Numbered from the stretch's first letter, positions 10,438 to 20,880 are shown. The stretch is 32,260 bases of DNA from Chthoniobacterales bacterium (GCA_044355525.1 JBIKXZ010000003.1:1-32260); one strand, 5' to 3'. Numbers and translations are program-made. The notes: generated by a model not told the origin, from the sequence alone.

Positions 10438-10851
10438 CTACTGCTCGCCGTTGTGGCCGTCGAGCCAATGGGCGATTTCGTCGAGAGTTTTCCTCCCGCA
10501 ATTCCGCTCGTCGCGGAGGATGTCCAAAACGTTCGCGTTGCGCGCTTGCTCGCGGTTCTTGATCCCGTGGCGTCCGAGGGCGTTGACGGCGCGCGCGGAA
10601 AGGTTGCTCAGTTCCACGGCAGTGCCGAGAGATTTGAGTGCGCGGCGGTGGCGCGAGAGCATCAGTGAAACCGCTTGCGGGGTGACGCTGAATTGCCGGC
10701 CTATCTCGCGATAGGAGTAGCCAAGGCCGCGAAGCATGGCGATTTCGCCGACGCGCTGTGGAACAGTCTCGAGATTGCGGGGCTTGAAGGTCGCCGAGGC
10801 GGCAACCGGGTTGGATTGCTGGTGCATGGTGGTTTCGGAGGTGGTTTCCAT
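10438..10851 (-). CDS. Small protein: sigma-region-4-like HTH fused to RNA polymerase alpha C-terminal domain
   Basis: 137 aa from ATG 10851 (TGATG overlap with upstream stop). [26 protein letters not shown] (HTH), then [14 protein letters not shown]...[15 protein letters not shown] (alpha-CTD-like). Fills the gap exactly. Confidence 0.8.
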   Translation of the reverse strand: METTSETTMHQQSNPVAASATFKPRNLETVPQRVGEIAMLRGLGYSYREIGRQFSVTPQAVSLMLSRHRRALKSLGTAVELSNLSARAVNALGRHGIKNREQARNANVLDILRDERNCGRKTLDEIAHWLDGHNGEQ

Positions 10852-13079
10852 CAACGGAGGAAGGCTTCGACCAAACCTCCGTCGATGGTGACGATTTGGC
10901 CGGTGGTTTTGGAAAGACGGTCGGACAGGAGGAGGAAGTATGCCTCTGCCTGGTCGGCCGGGGTGATCGGCGCCTTGGTCAGCGTGCGATCGGCGTAGAA
11001 TTGCGCGAGTTTGGAAGTGAGCGATTCGTCGCTTTCGTCCTCGGAGTAAGCGATGCCGTATTTGGCCAGTGAGCCAATGACACGGTCGCGGGGGAACATG
11101 GCGCTTCCCTGCACGACGGTGGCGGGCGCCACCCCGTTGACGCGGACCAGTGGCGAGAGTTCGATGGCCAGTTCGCGCACGAGATGGTTGGCTGCCGCCT
11201 TGGAGGTGTCGTAGGCGAGACTGCCTTTCTTGGCCACGGCGGCGTTGGCGCTGGTCGTGAGAACAACCGAGCCGCGCAATCCCTGCTCGCGGAAAATTGT
11301 CGCCGCCTCGTCGGCCACGAGATAGCTGCCAGTGACATTGATCGCGTAGGTCAGCGCCCATTTGTCGTCCGGGATGTGTCCGGTTGTGTCGCTCGCGACA
11401 AAGATGCCGGCGGTCACCGCCACGGAGTCGAATCCGCCATAGGCAAGGATGACGCGGTCGAACATCGCGCGGATGCTCTCGCGTTTGGTGATATCCACTT
11501 GCGCGGCGATAGCCGGGCCGCAGCCGGAGATGCCCGTGCCGGCCACGCCGATGCCGAGACCGGTCTTGGCGAGGATTTCGTCAGCCGTTTTCTGCGCGGC
11601 CTCGAGATTCAAGTCGGCGCAGACAATCTGCGCGCCTTCTCGGACAAGGCGGAGCGCGGTTTCGCGTCCGATGCCGCTGCCGGCGCCGATAACAATGACC
11701 ACGCGGCCGGCCATTTCCTTTTCGGGTGGCATGCGTCTGAGCTTCGCTTCTTCGAGTGCCCAGTATTCGATGTCGAAGGCTTCCTGCTGCGGCAGGGAGA
11801 TGTATCCGCCCAGCGCCTCGGCGCCACGCATCACCTCCACCGCGCAGTTGTAGAACTCGGCCGTGACGCGCGATTCGGATTTGTCTTTGCCGAAAGCGAC
11901 CATGCCGAGCCCCGGGATGAGCACGACGGTCGGGTTCGGATCGCGCATGGCGGGTGAATCGGGACGCTTGCAGGCCTCGTAATATTTGGCGTAGTCCGCA
12001 CGATAGGCGTCGAGGCCGGCGGAGAGCTTCTCTTTGAGTTGGCCGACGAAGGAGTCCAGCTGCGCGTCGTCCAATCCGGCCGGCACCGTATCGAGGGCGA
12101 CGTAGAGAGGTTTGATCTTCGTGCGGAGGAAGTGGTCCGGGCAACTGGTGCCGAGTTCGGCCAAGCGCGGGGCGTCCTGCGAATCGACAAAGCGGAGAAT
12201 TTTCTCGTCGTCCTGCACGGTGGCGATGAAACGTCGCGATTTGCTGACTTGTCCGCGCAACCACGGAAGCAGGCGGCACCAAATTTTGGCGCGTGTTTCG
12301 GCCGGAAGCGCCGCGTGTCGCTGTCCGCCGAAAATTTTCCCTTCGCCGCCGCTTGCCGCGATACGCTCCTCGATGGCGGTGGCAGCGCGGTCGATGAGTT
12401 GCAGCGATCGATCGTAGCATTCGCGGCCTGTCTTGCCCCAGTTGATCAGCCCGTGCTGGCCCATGATGAAGCCGACGGCTCGGGGGTAATCCCTGCAGGC
12501 TTTTTGCATGGCGAGTCCGAGTTCGAAGCCCGGGCGCATCCAAGGAAGGTGCACGATCTCATCGCCGTAAATTTCGCGCGTCGCCTCCTTGCTGCGTGCG
12601 CAGGCGGCCACGGCAATCGCGGCATTGGGATGCGTGTGATCGACGTGCGGGTGGGGGATAAAACTGTGCAACGGAGTGTCGATCGAAGACGGGCGCGGAT
12701 TGAGATTGAATGTGCAGTGCGCATACATGCCGACCATCTCGTCCTCGGCGGGGGACTTGAGGCCTTTGTCCGCCCGCGCCCCGTAAACTTTCTGCAAGCC
12801 GGTCAATTTGTCCTGATAGAGCGAGGAAAAGTTTTCCCGCTTCGAGGTGCGCAGGTCGCCGCCCGAGCCTTTGACCCACAGCACTTCGACTTTCTCGCCG
12901 GTGACCGGGTCGGTCTCGGTGATCTTGGCCGACGTATTGCCTCCGCCCGTATTGGTGATGCGCTGGTCGCGGCCAAGGCAGTTCGAGCGGTAGACGAGTT
13001 CCTCAACGCCGCTCAGAGCATTGGCTTTCGAGTCGTCCCAATGGGCGGTTACGTGCTTGAGTGTGTCGGGAGATGCCAT
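10851..13079 (-). CDS. rhaD: Bifunctional rhamnulose-1-phosphate aldolase / short-chain dehydrogenase (RhaEW type)
   Basis: [55 protein letters not shown], then SDR GAGSGIG and YDTSKAA. Confidence 0.93.
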   Translation of the reverse strand: MASPDTLKHVTAHWDDSKANALSGVEELVYRSNCLGRDQRITNTGGGNTSAKITETDPVTGEKVEVLWVKGSGGDLRTSKRENFSSLYQDKLTGLQKVYGARADKGLKSPAEDEMVGMYAHCTFNLNPRPSSIDTPLHSFIPHPHVDHTHPNAAIAVAACARSKEATREIYGDEIVHLPWMRPGFELGLAMQKACRDYPRAVGFIMGQHGLINWGKTGRECYDRSLQLIDRAATAIEERIAASGGEGKIFGGQRHAALPAETRAKIWCRLLPWLRGQVSKSRRFIATVQDDEKILRFVDSQDAPRLAELGTSCPDHFLRTKIKPLYVALDTVPAGLDDAQLDSFVGQLKEKLSAGLDAYRADYAKYYEACKRPDSPAMRDPNPTVVLIPGLGMVAFGKDKSESRVTAEFYNCAVEVMRGAEALGGYISLPQQEAFDIEYWALEEAKLRRMPPEKEMAGRVVIVIGAGSGIGRETALRLVREGAQIVCADLNLEAAQKTADEILAKTGLGIGVAGTGISGCGPAIAAQVDITKRESIRAMFDRVILAYGGFDSVAVTAGIFVASDTTGHIPDDKWALTYAINVTGSYLVADEAATIFREQGLRGSVVLTTSANAAVAKKGSLAYDTSKAAANHLVRELAIELSPLVRVNGVAPATVVQGSAMFPRDRVIGSLAKYGIAYSEDESDESLTSKLAQFYADRTLTKAPITPADQAEAYFLLLSDRLSKTTGQIVTIDGGLVEAFLR

Positions 13080-13080
13080 G

Positions 13081-13180
13081 AATTGTGGGAAAATGTCGGG
13101 ATAACACCAAATTTGGCAAGAAGAAACTTCTTAAGTTGACTAAATCGCGGCGAAAACACACATTTTCCCAATCTTTACTC
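13081..13180. promoter_or_regulatory. Divergent promoter region with paired 11-bp operator-like boxes
   Basis: TGGGAAAATGT (13086-13096) is the exact reverse complement of ACATTTTCCCA (13160-13170); TTGACT-17-CACATT on + and TTGCCA-16-GACATT on -. Confidence 0.6.
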
Positions 13181-13951
13181 ATGCTTGCCATTGATCGCCA
13201 CCGCTGGTTGCTGGACGAACTGAACGAACGCGGCAGCCTCCGCACCTCGGAAATCGCCGAGCGGGCTGGCGTGGCGGAGGAGACGATTCGGCGGGACTTC
13301 GAAAAGCTCGAAAGCGAAGGCATGTTGCGCCGCACGCACGGTGGAGCGGTTCGCCTTGAGGCCGATCGGCGCGAATTTCCGGCCGGCGAGCGCGCTTTGC
13401 AGCACGCTATCGAAAAGCAAGCCATCGCCCGCGCTGCGGCCCGTCGTCTCCGCGCGGGCCAGACGGTGTATTTCGACGCGAGCACGACAGTTCTCGAGTT
13501 GGTCCGCGTCATGCCCGATATCCCCCTGACCGTGGTGACCAACAGCATCGAGAACGCCTTGGCCCTTGCGGAAAAGAGCGATGTTTCCTGCGTCCTCCTC
13601 GGTGGCACCATGCACCCGAGCTCGCTTTCCTGCACGGGGTGGGCCGCGGAAAAATCCCTGGAGATCTACCATCTCGATGCGGCCTTCCTCTCCTGCCGCG
13701 GCATCGACGCCGACCGCGGCTTCAGCGATGCAACCGAGGGGCAAGCCCAACTCAAGCACTCCGTGGTAGAGCGCGCCGGGCAGGTTTTCCTCCTTGCCGA
13801 CACCTCTAAGTCCGGGGTGACCTCAAGCTACTTCTTTGCGGGGGGAGCGGATATCGATGTCTGGATCGCGGAAACACCGCCGCCTGTGCAGCTGGCCTCC
13901 GCCTTGGTATCGCAGGGCCTTCGCATCGAGTGCGCGAAAGGAGACGATTGA
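13181..13951 (+). CDS. DeoR/GlpR family transcriptional regulator
   Basis: Start at ATG 13181; VAEETIRRDFEKLE..RTHGGA, EKQAIA, FDASTT, VVTNS, LLADTSK. Confidence 0.93.
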   Translation: MLAIDRHRWLLDELNERGSLRTSEIAERAGVAEETIRRDFEKLESEGMLRRTHGGAVRLEADRREFPAGERALQHAIEKQAIARAAARRLRAGQTVYFDASTTVLELVRVMPDIPLTVVTNSIENALALAEKSDVSCVLLGGTMHPSSLSCTGWAAEKSLEIYHLDAAFLSCRGIDADRGFSDATEGQAQLKHSVVERAGQVFLLADTSKSGVTSSYFFAGGADIDVWIAETPPPVQLASALVSQGLRIECAKGDD

Positions 13952-15423
13952 TGAGCGGCAAGCGTGTTTACCTCGCGGTCGATCTTGGTGCCGATAGCGG
14001 GCGGGTCATGGCCGCCGTGTTCGACGGGAGCAAAATCACGCTCGAGGAAATGGCGCGCTTCCGCACGGGCGGTGTGCTGCTGCCCGACGGTTGGCATTGG
14101 GATTTGCTGCGCATCTACGCCGACATCCGCACGGGCATTGCCAGGGCCGTGGCCGAGCACGGGGACGATGTCGTCTCGGTCTCGGTGGATACCTGGGGCG
14201 TTGACTACGGGCTTCTCGACGAGGGCGGCCGTCTGCTCGGTTTGCCCTGGATGTATCGCGACGCCCGCACCGATGGCATGATGGAGGTGGTGGCGGAGAC
14301 GGTGAAGTCGGACGAACTCTACCGTCGCACCGGCATCCAGCCGATGTTCTTCAATACCCTTTACCAGCTCTTTGCCGAAACCTGGCAGCACCCCGAAATC
14401 GTCAAAGCTTCCGCACGCCTCGCCTTCATTCCCGACTTGTTGACTTACTGGCTGAGTGGAGAACGCACGGTCGAGCGCACCATTGCCAGCACCTCCGGAC
14501 TCCTCAAGGCCGGCACCGCAGAATGGGACACCGAACTGGCCGGCATGCTCGGCATCCCGCCGGCCATCCTGCCCTCTGTCAGCGAGCCCTGCACCATCGC
14601 CGGTCGCCTGCGCGGCGAGGACGGCTCGCCGGGGAAAATCGACGTGATCTTGTGCGGCAGCCACGACACCGCTTCGGCGGTGGCCGGCGTGCCAACCGAG
14701 GCGAGAAATCCGCTCTTCCTCAGCTCGGGAACGTGGTCGTTGCTCGGGCGCGAACTCGACGCACCGCTGGTCACCGACGCCACGGCCGCGGCGAAATTCT
14801 CCAACGAGCAGGGCCTCGCCGGCACCACGCGCTTCCTCAAAAACGTCGCCGGCATGTGGCTCCTGCAGGAATGCAAACGCAATTGGGAGTCCGGCGGCGA
14901 GAGACTCGAATACGAATCCATCGTGGCCAAAGCGGCCGGCACGACCACGGATGTGTTTATCGATCCAGACGCGCGCGAATTTTCTCGTCCCTGTGACATG
15001 CCCGCAGTCATCGCCGCGTGGCTGGAGAATTCCGGTCAGGTCGCGCCGTCCACCCGCGCCGGTATCACGCGCGTCATCTTCGAAAGCCTCGCCCTGAAAT
15101 ACCGCGTCCTCTTGCATCGCATGAAGGAATGGATGCCCGACTTCCCCGACACGCTGCACGTCGTTGGCGGGGGTTCCCGCAATGCTTTGCTCAACCAGAT
15201 GACGGCCGACGCGTCCGGCCTGCGCGTGCTGGCCGGCCCCTCCGAGGCGACCGCGCTGGGCAATGTGGCCGCGCAAATGATCGCCCGCGGCGACCTTGCC
15301 TCGCTGGCCGAGGGACGGGCGCTCATCCGTGATTCCTTTGAAATCGGCGAATTCATCCCCCGCGACACCGCGGTGTGGGACGCCAAGGCCGCGCGCTTCG
15401 AAAAACTCTGTTCCGACCAATGA
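13951..15423 (+). CDS. rhaB: Rhamnulokinase (FGGY family)
   Basis: Start at ATG 13951 (TGATG overlap); AVDLGADSGR, DTWGVDY, YRDART, TGIQ..FNTLYQL, HDTASAV, SSGTWSLLG, NE.G..RFLKNVAGMW. Confidence 0.93.
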   Translation: MSGKRVYLAVDLGADSGRVMAAVFDGSKITLEEMARFRTGGVLLPDGWHWDLLRIYADIRTGIARAVAEHGDDVVSVSVDTWGVDYGLLDEGGRLLGLPWMYRDARTDGMMEVVAETVKSDELYRRTGIQPMFFNTLYQLFAETWQHPEIVKASARLAFIPDLLTYWLSGERTVERTIASTSGLLKAGTAEWDTELAGMLGIPPAILPSVSEPCTIAGRLRGEDGSPGKIDVILCGSHDTASAVAGVPTEARNPLFLSSGTWSLLGRELDAPLVTDATAAAKFSNEQGLAGTTRFLKNVAGMWLLQECKRNWESGGERLEYESIVAKAAGTTTDVFIDPDAREFSRPCDMPAVIAAWLENSGQVAPSTRAGITRVIFESLALKYRVLLHRMKEWMPDFPDTLHVVGGGSRNALLNQMTADASGLRVLAGPSEATALGNVAAQMIARGDLASLAEGRALIRDSFEIGEFIPRDTAVWDAKAARFEKLCSDQ

Positions 15424-16193
15424 TCAATCTCGCCGCCCGACCGAAAAGTAAACGAGTCCAACTTATGGCCACGTGTCTGTGCGATGCGTTTTATGACGAT
15501 GTGGCCAAGGCCACCGTCGAGGTGCTCGAGCATGCTGGTTGCGAGGTTGTCTTCCCGGAAAACCAGACGTGCTGCGGGCAGCCCGCATTCAACTGCGGCC
15601 AATGGCCCGCCGCCCGCACGGTCATGCGTCACACGGCACAAGTCTTCGCCGGCGACGAACCGATCATCGTGCCCTCGGGATCCTGCGCAGCCATGATGTT
15701 CCATGGTGCGACCCTCGAGTTCGAGGGCGAGAAGGATCGTGCCGCCATCGAGCAAGTCGGCGGACGCACCTGGGAACTCGGCGACTTTTTGGTCAACGGT
15801 CTCGGGATCAAAGAGTGGCCGGGGGAATTCCACGCGCGCATTGCTTTCCACCGTGCCTGCCACACCCGCGGCACGGCGAGCGGCCCTGCCGTCATGCAAC
15901 TGCTTGAGTCGATCAAAGGCTTGCGCATCCTGCCCTTTGGAGAAGCCGAACAATGCTGCGGATTCGGTGGCACGTTCTCCGTCAGTTTTCCCAATGTCTC
16001 CACCGCGATGGGCGATCTGAAACTCGAGCATGTCGAGGCTGTCGATCCCGACTACCTCGTGTCCGGCGACATGAGCTGCCTCATGCATCTTTCCGGTCTC
16101 GCCGAACGCGAGCACCGTCCGCTCAAGACCCTCCACTTCGTGCAAATTCTGCGCGACGCCCTGCACAACCGCCATGGCCAAGCAACTCATTGA
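15420..16193 (+). CDS. lutA: L-lactate utilisation protein, CCG domains (LutA/LldE)
   Basis: Start at ATG 15420; TCLCD, QTCCGQPAFN, PSGSC, CCGFGGTFSV, DMSCLMH. Confidence 0.9.
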   Translation: MINLAARPKSKRVQLMATCLCDAFYDDVAKATVEVLEHAGCEVVFPENQTCCGQPAFNCGQWPAARTVMRHTAQVFAGDEPIIVPSGSCAAMMFHGATLEFEGEKDRAAIEQVGGRTWELGDFLVNGLGIKEWPGEFHARIAFHRACHTRGTASGPAVMQLLESIKGLRILPFGEAEQCCGFGGTFSVSFPNVSTAMGDLKLEHVEAVDPDYLVSGDMSCLMHLSGLAEREHRPLKTLHFVQILRDALHNRHGQATH

Positions 16194-17580
16194 CACCTAC
16201 GTGGCGGAACTTCCGCCGACCGTGCAAAAGGCCGTGCACCAAAGCACGGCGACAACCACGGAAAAACGCTACCAACTCCTCGGTGACGATTTCGCCGATT
16301 CCGACTCGCTGCGCAAATTGGCCGGATCCATCCGTCAGCACACCCTTGAGCATCTGGACACCTACTTGGCACAAGCCGAGGAGAGCCTGACCGCCCGCGG
16401 AGCCAAAGTTCACTACGCGGTCACTGCGGACGACGCCTGCCGCACGGTGGCGGAAATCCTGCAATCGGCCGGCATCACCAAAGTGGTGAAGTCGAAGAGC
16501 ATGGTCACCGAGGAAATTCATCTCAACGACTACCTCGCGAACCACGGCATCGAATCGGTCGAGAGCGACTTGGGCGAATACATCGTGCAGATCGACGGCG
16601 ACCACCCGAGTCATATCGTTCGTCCGATCATTCACAAAACCCGCGGTGACATTGCCCGCAGTTTCGAGCGCGAGGGGTTGGGGGACTACAATGACGATCC
16701 GGAGACCATCACCCGCCGCGCGCGGAAATTCATGCGCGGCAAATACCTCGAAGCAGGTGCGGGGATCACCGGCGCGAACTTCGTCACCGCCGACACCGGA
16801 CGCCTCGTGCTCGTGACCAACGAAGGCAACTCCCGCTTCTGCCTCGCTCCGGCCAAAGTCCACATCGCGCTCGTCGGTATCGAGAAAGTTGTGCCGTCCG
16901 ATGCAGACCTCGCCGTCTTGCTCAATCTGCTCGGCCGTTCGGCCACCGGACAGCAGCTCACGGTCTACACCGAATTCATCAACGGTCCGCGCCGCCACGA
17001 CCGTCCGTCGGGTCCGGAGCAAATGCACGTGGTCTTCGTCGACAACCGTCGCACCGAAGTGCTGGCGTCGGATTGCAAAGAAATCCTGCGCTGCATCCGC
17101 TGCGGCGCGTGTCTCAATGTTTGCCCCGTTTACCGCCAGGCCTCCGGTCACGCCTACCGCAGCGTTTATCCCGGACCGGTCGGCGCCGTGCTTTCGCCGC
17201 TGCTGGCCGGCGACAAATTCAAAGAGCTGGCCGATTTGCCCAAAGCTTCCAGTCTTTGCGGCGCGTGCAACGAAGTCTGCCCTGTCGATATTCCTATTCC
17301 GGATCTGCTCCTGCGTTTGCGGCACCGCGCGCACGAGGAGCACGTCCCTTCGCCCGGCACGCCGCCCATGGCCGGTTTCGCTTTGCTCGGGAGTCATCCG
17401 CTCATCTGGCGCTCGGCCATGACCTTCGGTGCGGCCAAAGACTACCTGCCGCTCGACAAAATGCCGGTGCCGTATCTCGGGTCGTGGCTCAAGACACGCA
17501 CGCTGCCGAAGTGGCGCGGCGGGAAATTCCGCACGTGGATGAAATCGCGCGACGGGCGCAACGGGGGCAACGGCAAGTGA
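16174..17580 (+). CDS. lutB: L-lactate utilisation Fe-S protein (LutB/LldF)
   Basis: KSKSMVTEE, DLGEYIVQ, PSHIV, GITGANF, TNEGN, CIRCGACLNVCPVY, YPGPVG, SSLCGACNEVCPV. Confidence 0.93.
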   Translation: MAKQLIDTYVAELPPTVQKAVHQSTATTTEKRYQLLGDDFADSDSLRKLAGSIRQHTLEHLDTYLAQAEESLTARGAKVHYAVTADDACRTVAEILQSAGITKVVKSKSMVTEEIHLNDYLANHGIESVESDLGEYIVQIDGDHPSHIVRPIIHKTRGDIARSFEREGLGDYNDDPETITRRARKFMRGKYLEAGAGITGANFVTADTGRLVLVTNEGNSRFCLAPAKVHIALVGIEKVVPSDADLAVLLNLLGRSATGQQLTVYTEFINGPRRHDRPSGPEQMHVVFVDNRRTEVLASDCKEILRCIRCGACLNVCPVYRQASGHAYRSVYPGPVGAVLSPLLAGDKFKELADLPKASSLCGACNEVCPVDIPIPDLLLRLRHRAHEEHVPSPGTPPMAGFALLGSHPLIWRSAMTFGAAKDYLPLDKMPVPYLGSWLKTRTLPKWRGGKFRTWMKSRDGRNGGNGK

Positions 17581-18182
17581 CCGCGCGCGAAAAAGTTTTC
17601 TCCGGCATCAAGTCCGCCCTCGCTCCGTTGCCCGAGCGCGAAGCCCGCCCCGCCGTCCCGCACGGCGTGGCCGATCCGCAGTGGTTGGCCGGCGAGGCCG
17701 ACAACGTTGCGCTTTTCAAAAAGCGCGCCAAGGCGGCCGGCACGCTTTGTTTCGATACTCCCGGTGGTTGCCTTAGCTGGCTCTACGAACAGCAGGCCAA
17801 ACTGGTCTACCTCCCGGAAGCGCTCGCCTCGCTCGACGCGAAATTTTCCGAGATCGTCCAACTCACGCACGACTACGCCCGCGCGCAGGTTGACGAAATC
17901 GATGCCGCCCTCACCTTGGCCCACGGCGCCATCGCCGAAACTGGAACCATCATTCTGACCGACGAATCTACCCCCGACCGTTTGGCTGCTCTCGCTCCGT
18001 GGACCCACATCGCCGTGGTGCGCAAGGATACCATCCGCCGCTCCGTGGCCGACGCCCTCGCCGTCATGCCCGACGACCCGAACATCATCTGGGTCACCGG
18101 CCCGTCCAAAACCGCCGACGTCGAGGGCATCCTTATTCAAGGCGTGCATGGCCCCGGGGTCCAAGGTTGCCTTCTTATTTGA
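17577..18182 (+). CDS. lutC: L-lactate utilisation protein, LUD domain (LutC/LldG)
   Basis: GTG at 17577 overlaps the lutB stop; AIAETGT, HIAVV, TGPSKTADVEGILIQGVHGP. Confidence 0.88.
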   Translation: MTAREKVFSGIKSALAPLPEREARPAVPHGVADPQWLAGEADNVALFKKRAKAAGTLCFDTPGGCLSWLYEQQAKLVYLPEALASLDAKFSEIVQLTHDYARAQVDEIDAALTLAHGAIAETGTIILTDESTPDRLAALAPWTHIAVVRKDTIRRSVADALAVMPDDPNIIWVTGPSKTADVEGILIQGVHGPGVQGCLLI

Positions 18183-18198
18183 ATTCTCTCGCCCGGCC

Positions 18199-18960
18199 AT
18201 GAAGGAAACCCTCGAACGGCTCATCTCGTTGTCGCATCAGATTGGGCGCCAAGACCGCCGGTTGGCCATCCTCGGCGAAGGTAACACCAGTGCAGATCTC
18301 GGCGACGGCACATTCCTGGTCAAGTCTTCGGGCTGCAGTTTGTCGGACCTCGATGAATCGGGCGTGAGCCGCGTAGACATGGCAAAAGTGCTCGCTGCAT
18401 TGGATGATCAAACTCTGGATGACTCGGGTGTGCGTTCGGTCTTGGAAAGTTCGCGTGCCGATCAATCGCCGAAATTGCCCTCGGTCGAGACCTTCATGCA
18501 TGCGGTCTGCTTGTCCGAGGGCGGCGCGAAATGGGTCGGCCATTGCCACGCCGAGTCGGTGATGTCCGTCCTTTGCTCCGAGCACGGCGCGAAGCCATTC
18601 CTTGGCCACATTTTCCCCGATGCCATCGTCGTCTGCGGACGGCATGTTGCCGCGGTGCCCTACATCGATCCGGGACTCGAGCTGGCCCGCGAGGTTCGCC
18701 GGGTTCTTCGCGAGTTCCGCGCCGCACACGGGTCGGCGCCGAAGGTCATCCTTTTGGAAAACCACGGACCGGTCGCACTCGGCGCGGGCGACAAGGAGGT
18801 TCTCAACATTCTCCTCATGCTCGACAAATGGGCCCGCGTCCTCGCCGGCACGCTTGCCGTCGGAACGCCGAAGTTTCTGCCGTCCGCGGTGAGCGAGAGA
18901 ATCGACCAGCGCCCCGACGAACACTACCGCCGTGCACAAATCGTCAAAGGGCCGGCTTAA
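18199..18960 (+). CDS. Class II aldolase/adducin family protein, probable L-fuculose-1-phosphate aldolase
   Basis: Start at ATG 18199; GEGNTSA, PSVETFMH, GHCH, LLENHG (Zn-binding His). Substrate inferred from adjacency to fucI. Confidence 0.8.
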   Translation: MKETLERLISLSHQIGRQDRRLAILGEGNTSADLGDGTFLVKSSGCSLSDLDESGVSRVDMAKVLAALDDQTLDDSGVRSVLESSRADQSPKLPSVETFMHAVCLSEGGAKWVGHCHAESVMSVLCSEHGAKPFLGHIFPDAIVVCGRHVAAVPYIDPGLELAREVRRVLREFRAAHGSAPKVILLENHGPVALGAGDKEVLNILLMLDKWARVLAGTLAVGTPKFLPSAVSERIDQRPDEHYRRAQIVKGPA

Positions 18961-18995
18961 GTTAAGACCAGTCTGCGGGCTAAAATTTCAACACG

Positions 18996-19032
18996 CTGAA
19001 ATCTGAACACTGAACACTGAAAACTGAAAACT
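18996..19032 (+). repeat. Tandem 7-mer repeat (CTGAAMW) x5
   Basis: CTGAAAT CTGAACA CTGAACA CTGAAAA CTGAAAA CT, ending 6 nt before the fucI ATG. Confidence 0.85.
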
Positions 19033-19038
19033 TTTCCT

Positions 19039-20802
19039 ATGACCAATCTCCCCAAAGTCGGCATTCGCCCAACGATCGACGGCCGCCTCGGAGGCGTGCG
19101 CGAGTCGCTCGAAGAGCAGACGATGAACATGGCCAAGGCCACGGCCAAACTCATCGCCTCCAAGCTGCGCTATCCGACCGGCGAACCGGTCAAATGCGTC
19201 ATTGCCGACACCTGCATCGGCGGCGTGGCCGAGGCTGCGGCCTGCGCGGAAAAATTCCGCAAGGAGAACGTCGGCGTTTCTCTTACCGTCACACCTTGCT
19301 GGTGTTACGGGTCCGAAACAATGGACGCCGATCCGCTGACTCCGAAAGCGGTGTGGGGATTCAACGGCACCGAGCGTCCGGGCGCGGTCTATCTTGCCGC
19401 GGTGCTGGCCGGCCATACGCAAAAAGGTCTGCCGGCCTTCGGGATTTACGGCCAAGACGTGCAGGAAGCGGGCGACAAAAAAATTCCTGCCGATGTGGAA
19501 GAAAAAATTCTGCGTTTTGTCCGCGCAGGGCTCGCTGCGGCGACGATGCGCGGCCGCGCCTATCTCGCCATGGGTGGAACCTCCATGGGCATCGCCGGAT
19601 CGATCGTCGATCCCGCGTTTTTCGAGCATTGGCTCGGCATGCGCGTCGAGTCAGTCGACATGACCGAATTCATCCGCCGCATCGAGCGGGGGATTTACGA
19701 CAAGTCCGAATTCGCCAAAGCGCTCAAGTGGGTCAAAGCTAATTGCCAAGAAGGCAAGGATTGGAACAGCGCGAAGACCAAACGTTCCCGCAAGCAACTC
19801 GATGCCGAGTGGGAAACATCCGTGAAGATGGCGCTCATCGCGCGCGATCTCATGGTTGGCAATCCGCAGTTGGCGAAGGCGGGCTTCGGCGAAGAGGCCC
19901 AGGGGCATTACGCCATTGCCTCCGGATTCCAGGGCCAGCGCCAGTGGACTGACCACATGCCGAACGGCGACTTTCTCGAGGCTATTCTTAGCACATCCTT
20001 CGATTGGAACGGCCCGCGCGCTCCTTACATCATCGCCACGGAGAATGACGCGCTGAATGGTGCAAGTATGCTCTTCGGTCATCTCCTAACCAACACCGCG
20101 CAGATTTTCGCCGACCTGCGCACTTATTGGAGCGCGGATGCGATGAAACGCGTCTCGGGCGAAACCCCGACCGGTGCCGCGGCGAACGGAGTTCTGCACC
20201 TGATCAATTCCGGGCCGGCGGCTCTCGACGGTTGCGGGGAACAGACGATCAACGGCCAACCGGCCATGAAGCCTTTCTGGGACATCACGCCGCAGGAAAT
20301 CAAAGCATGCCTCGGCGCGACGACATGGCATCCGTCGATCACGGAGTATTTTCCCGGCGGCGGCTGGAGCACGCGTTATGTCACGCGCGGCGGCATGCCG
20401 GCCACGATCTACCGCATCAACCTCGTGCACGGGCTCGGACCCGCCTTGCAAATCGCCGAAGGCCAGACGGTCGAGTTGCCGGAGAAGACACATCGACTTC
20501 TCGAGGAACGGACCAACCCGACGTGGCCGACCACATGGTTCGCGCCGCGTCTCACGGGGCAGGGGCCTTTCGGCGACACCTACTCGGTGATGAACAACTG
20601 GGGTGCGAACCACTGCGTCATGAGTTACGGCCATATCGGTGCGGACCTCATCAGTCTGGCCAGCGTGCTGCGCATCCCGGTCTACATGCACAATGTCGAC
20701 CGTGCGCAGGTCTTCCGCCCGAGTGCATGGGCTGCCTTTGGCACCGACGATCTCATGGGCGCCGACTTCCGGGCCTGCGCCAATTTCGGGCCTCTCTACT
20801 GA
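19039..20802 (+). CDS. fucI: L-fucose isomerase
   Basis: [76 protein letters not shown]. Confidence 0.97.
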   Translation: MTNLPKVGIRPTIDGRLGGVRESLEEQTMNMAKATAKLIASKLRYPTGEPVKCVIADTCIGGVAEAAACAEKFRKENVGVSLTVTPCWCYGSETMDADPLTPKAVWGFNGTERPGAVYLAAVLAGHTQKGLPAFGIYGQDVQEAGDKKIPADVEEKILRFVRAGLAAATMRGRAYLAMGGTSMGIAGSIVDPAFFEHWLGMRVESVDMTEFIRRIERGIYDKSEFAKALKWVKANCQEGKDWNSAKTKRSRKQLDAEWETSVKMALIARDLMVGNPQLAKAGFGEEAQGHYAIASGFQGQRQWTDHMPNGDFLEAILSTSFDWNGPRAPYIIATENDALNGASMLFGHLLTNTAQIFADLRTYWSADAMKRVSGETPTGAAANGVLHLINSGPAALDGCGEQTINGQPAMKPFWDITPQEIKACLGATTWHPSITEYFPGGGWSTRYVTRGGMPATIYRINLVHGLGPALQIAEGQTVELPEKTHRLLEERTNPTWPTTWFAPRLTGQGPFGDTYSVMNNWGANHCVMSYGHIGADLISLASVLRIPVYMHNVDRAQVFRPSAWAAFGTDDLMGADFRACANFGPLY

Positions 20803-20880
20803 GTATTTACCCGGTTAGAGCCCCCTCCAGCCTCCCAAACGCGTTTGCAAAATCCCAGCATCTCGCTGAGATTTCCACTG

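Noticed and set aside
10438-10851. A second rpoA or an rpoA pseudogene
   Set aside because: No alpha N-terminal assembly domain and no ribosomal-protein context; the ORF is intact and fused to an HTH.
10852-11361. N-terminal extension of the HTH/alpha-CTD ORF (307 aa)
   Set aside because: Lies within the aldolase-SDR gene as Arg-rich off-frame sequence; the coupled start at 10851 fits better.
13828-17397. Long - strand ORFs (530, 386 and 424 aa)
   Set aside because: Antisense to rhaB, lutA and lutB, which carry clear family motifs.
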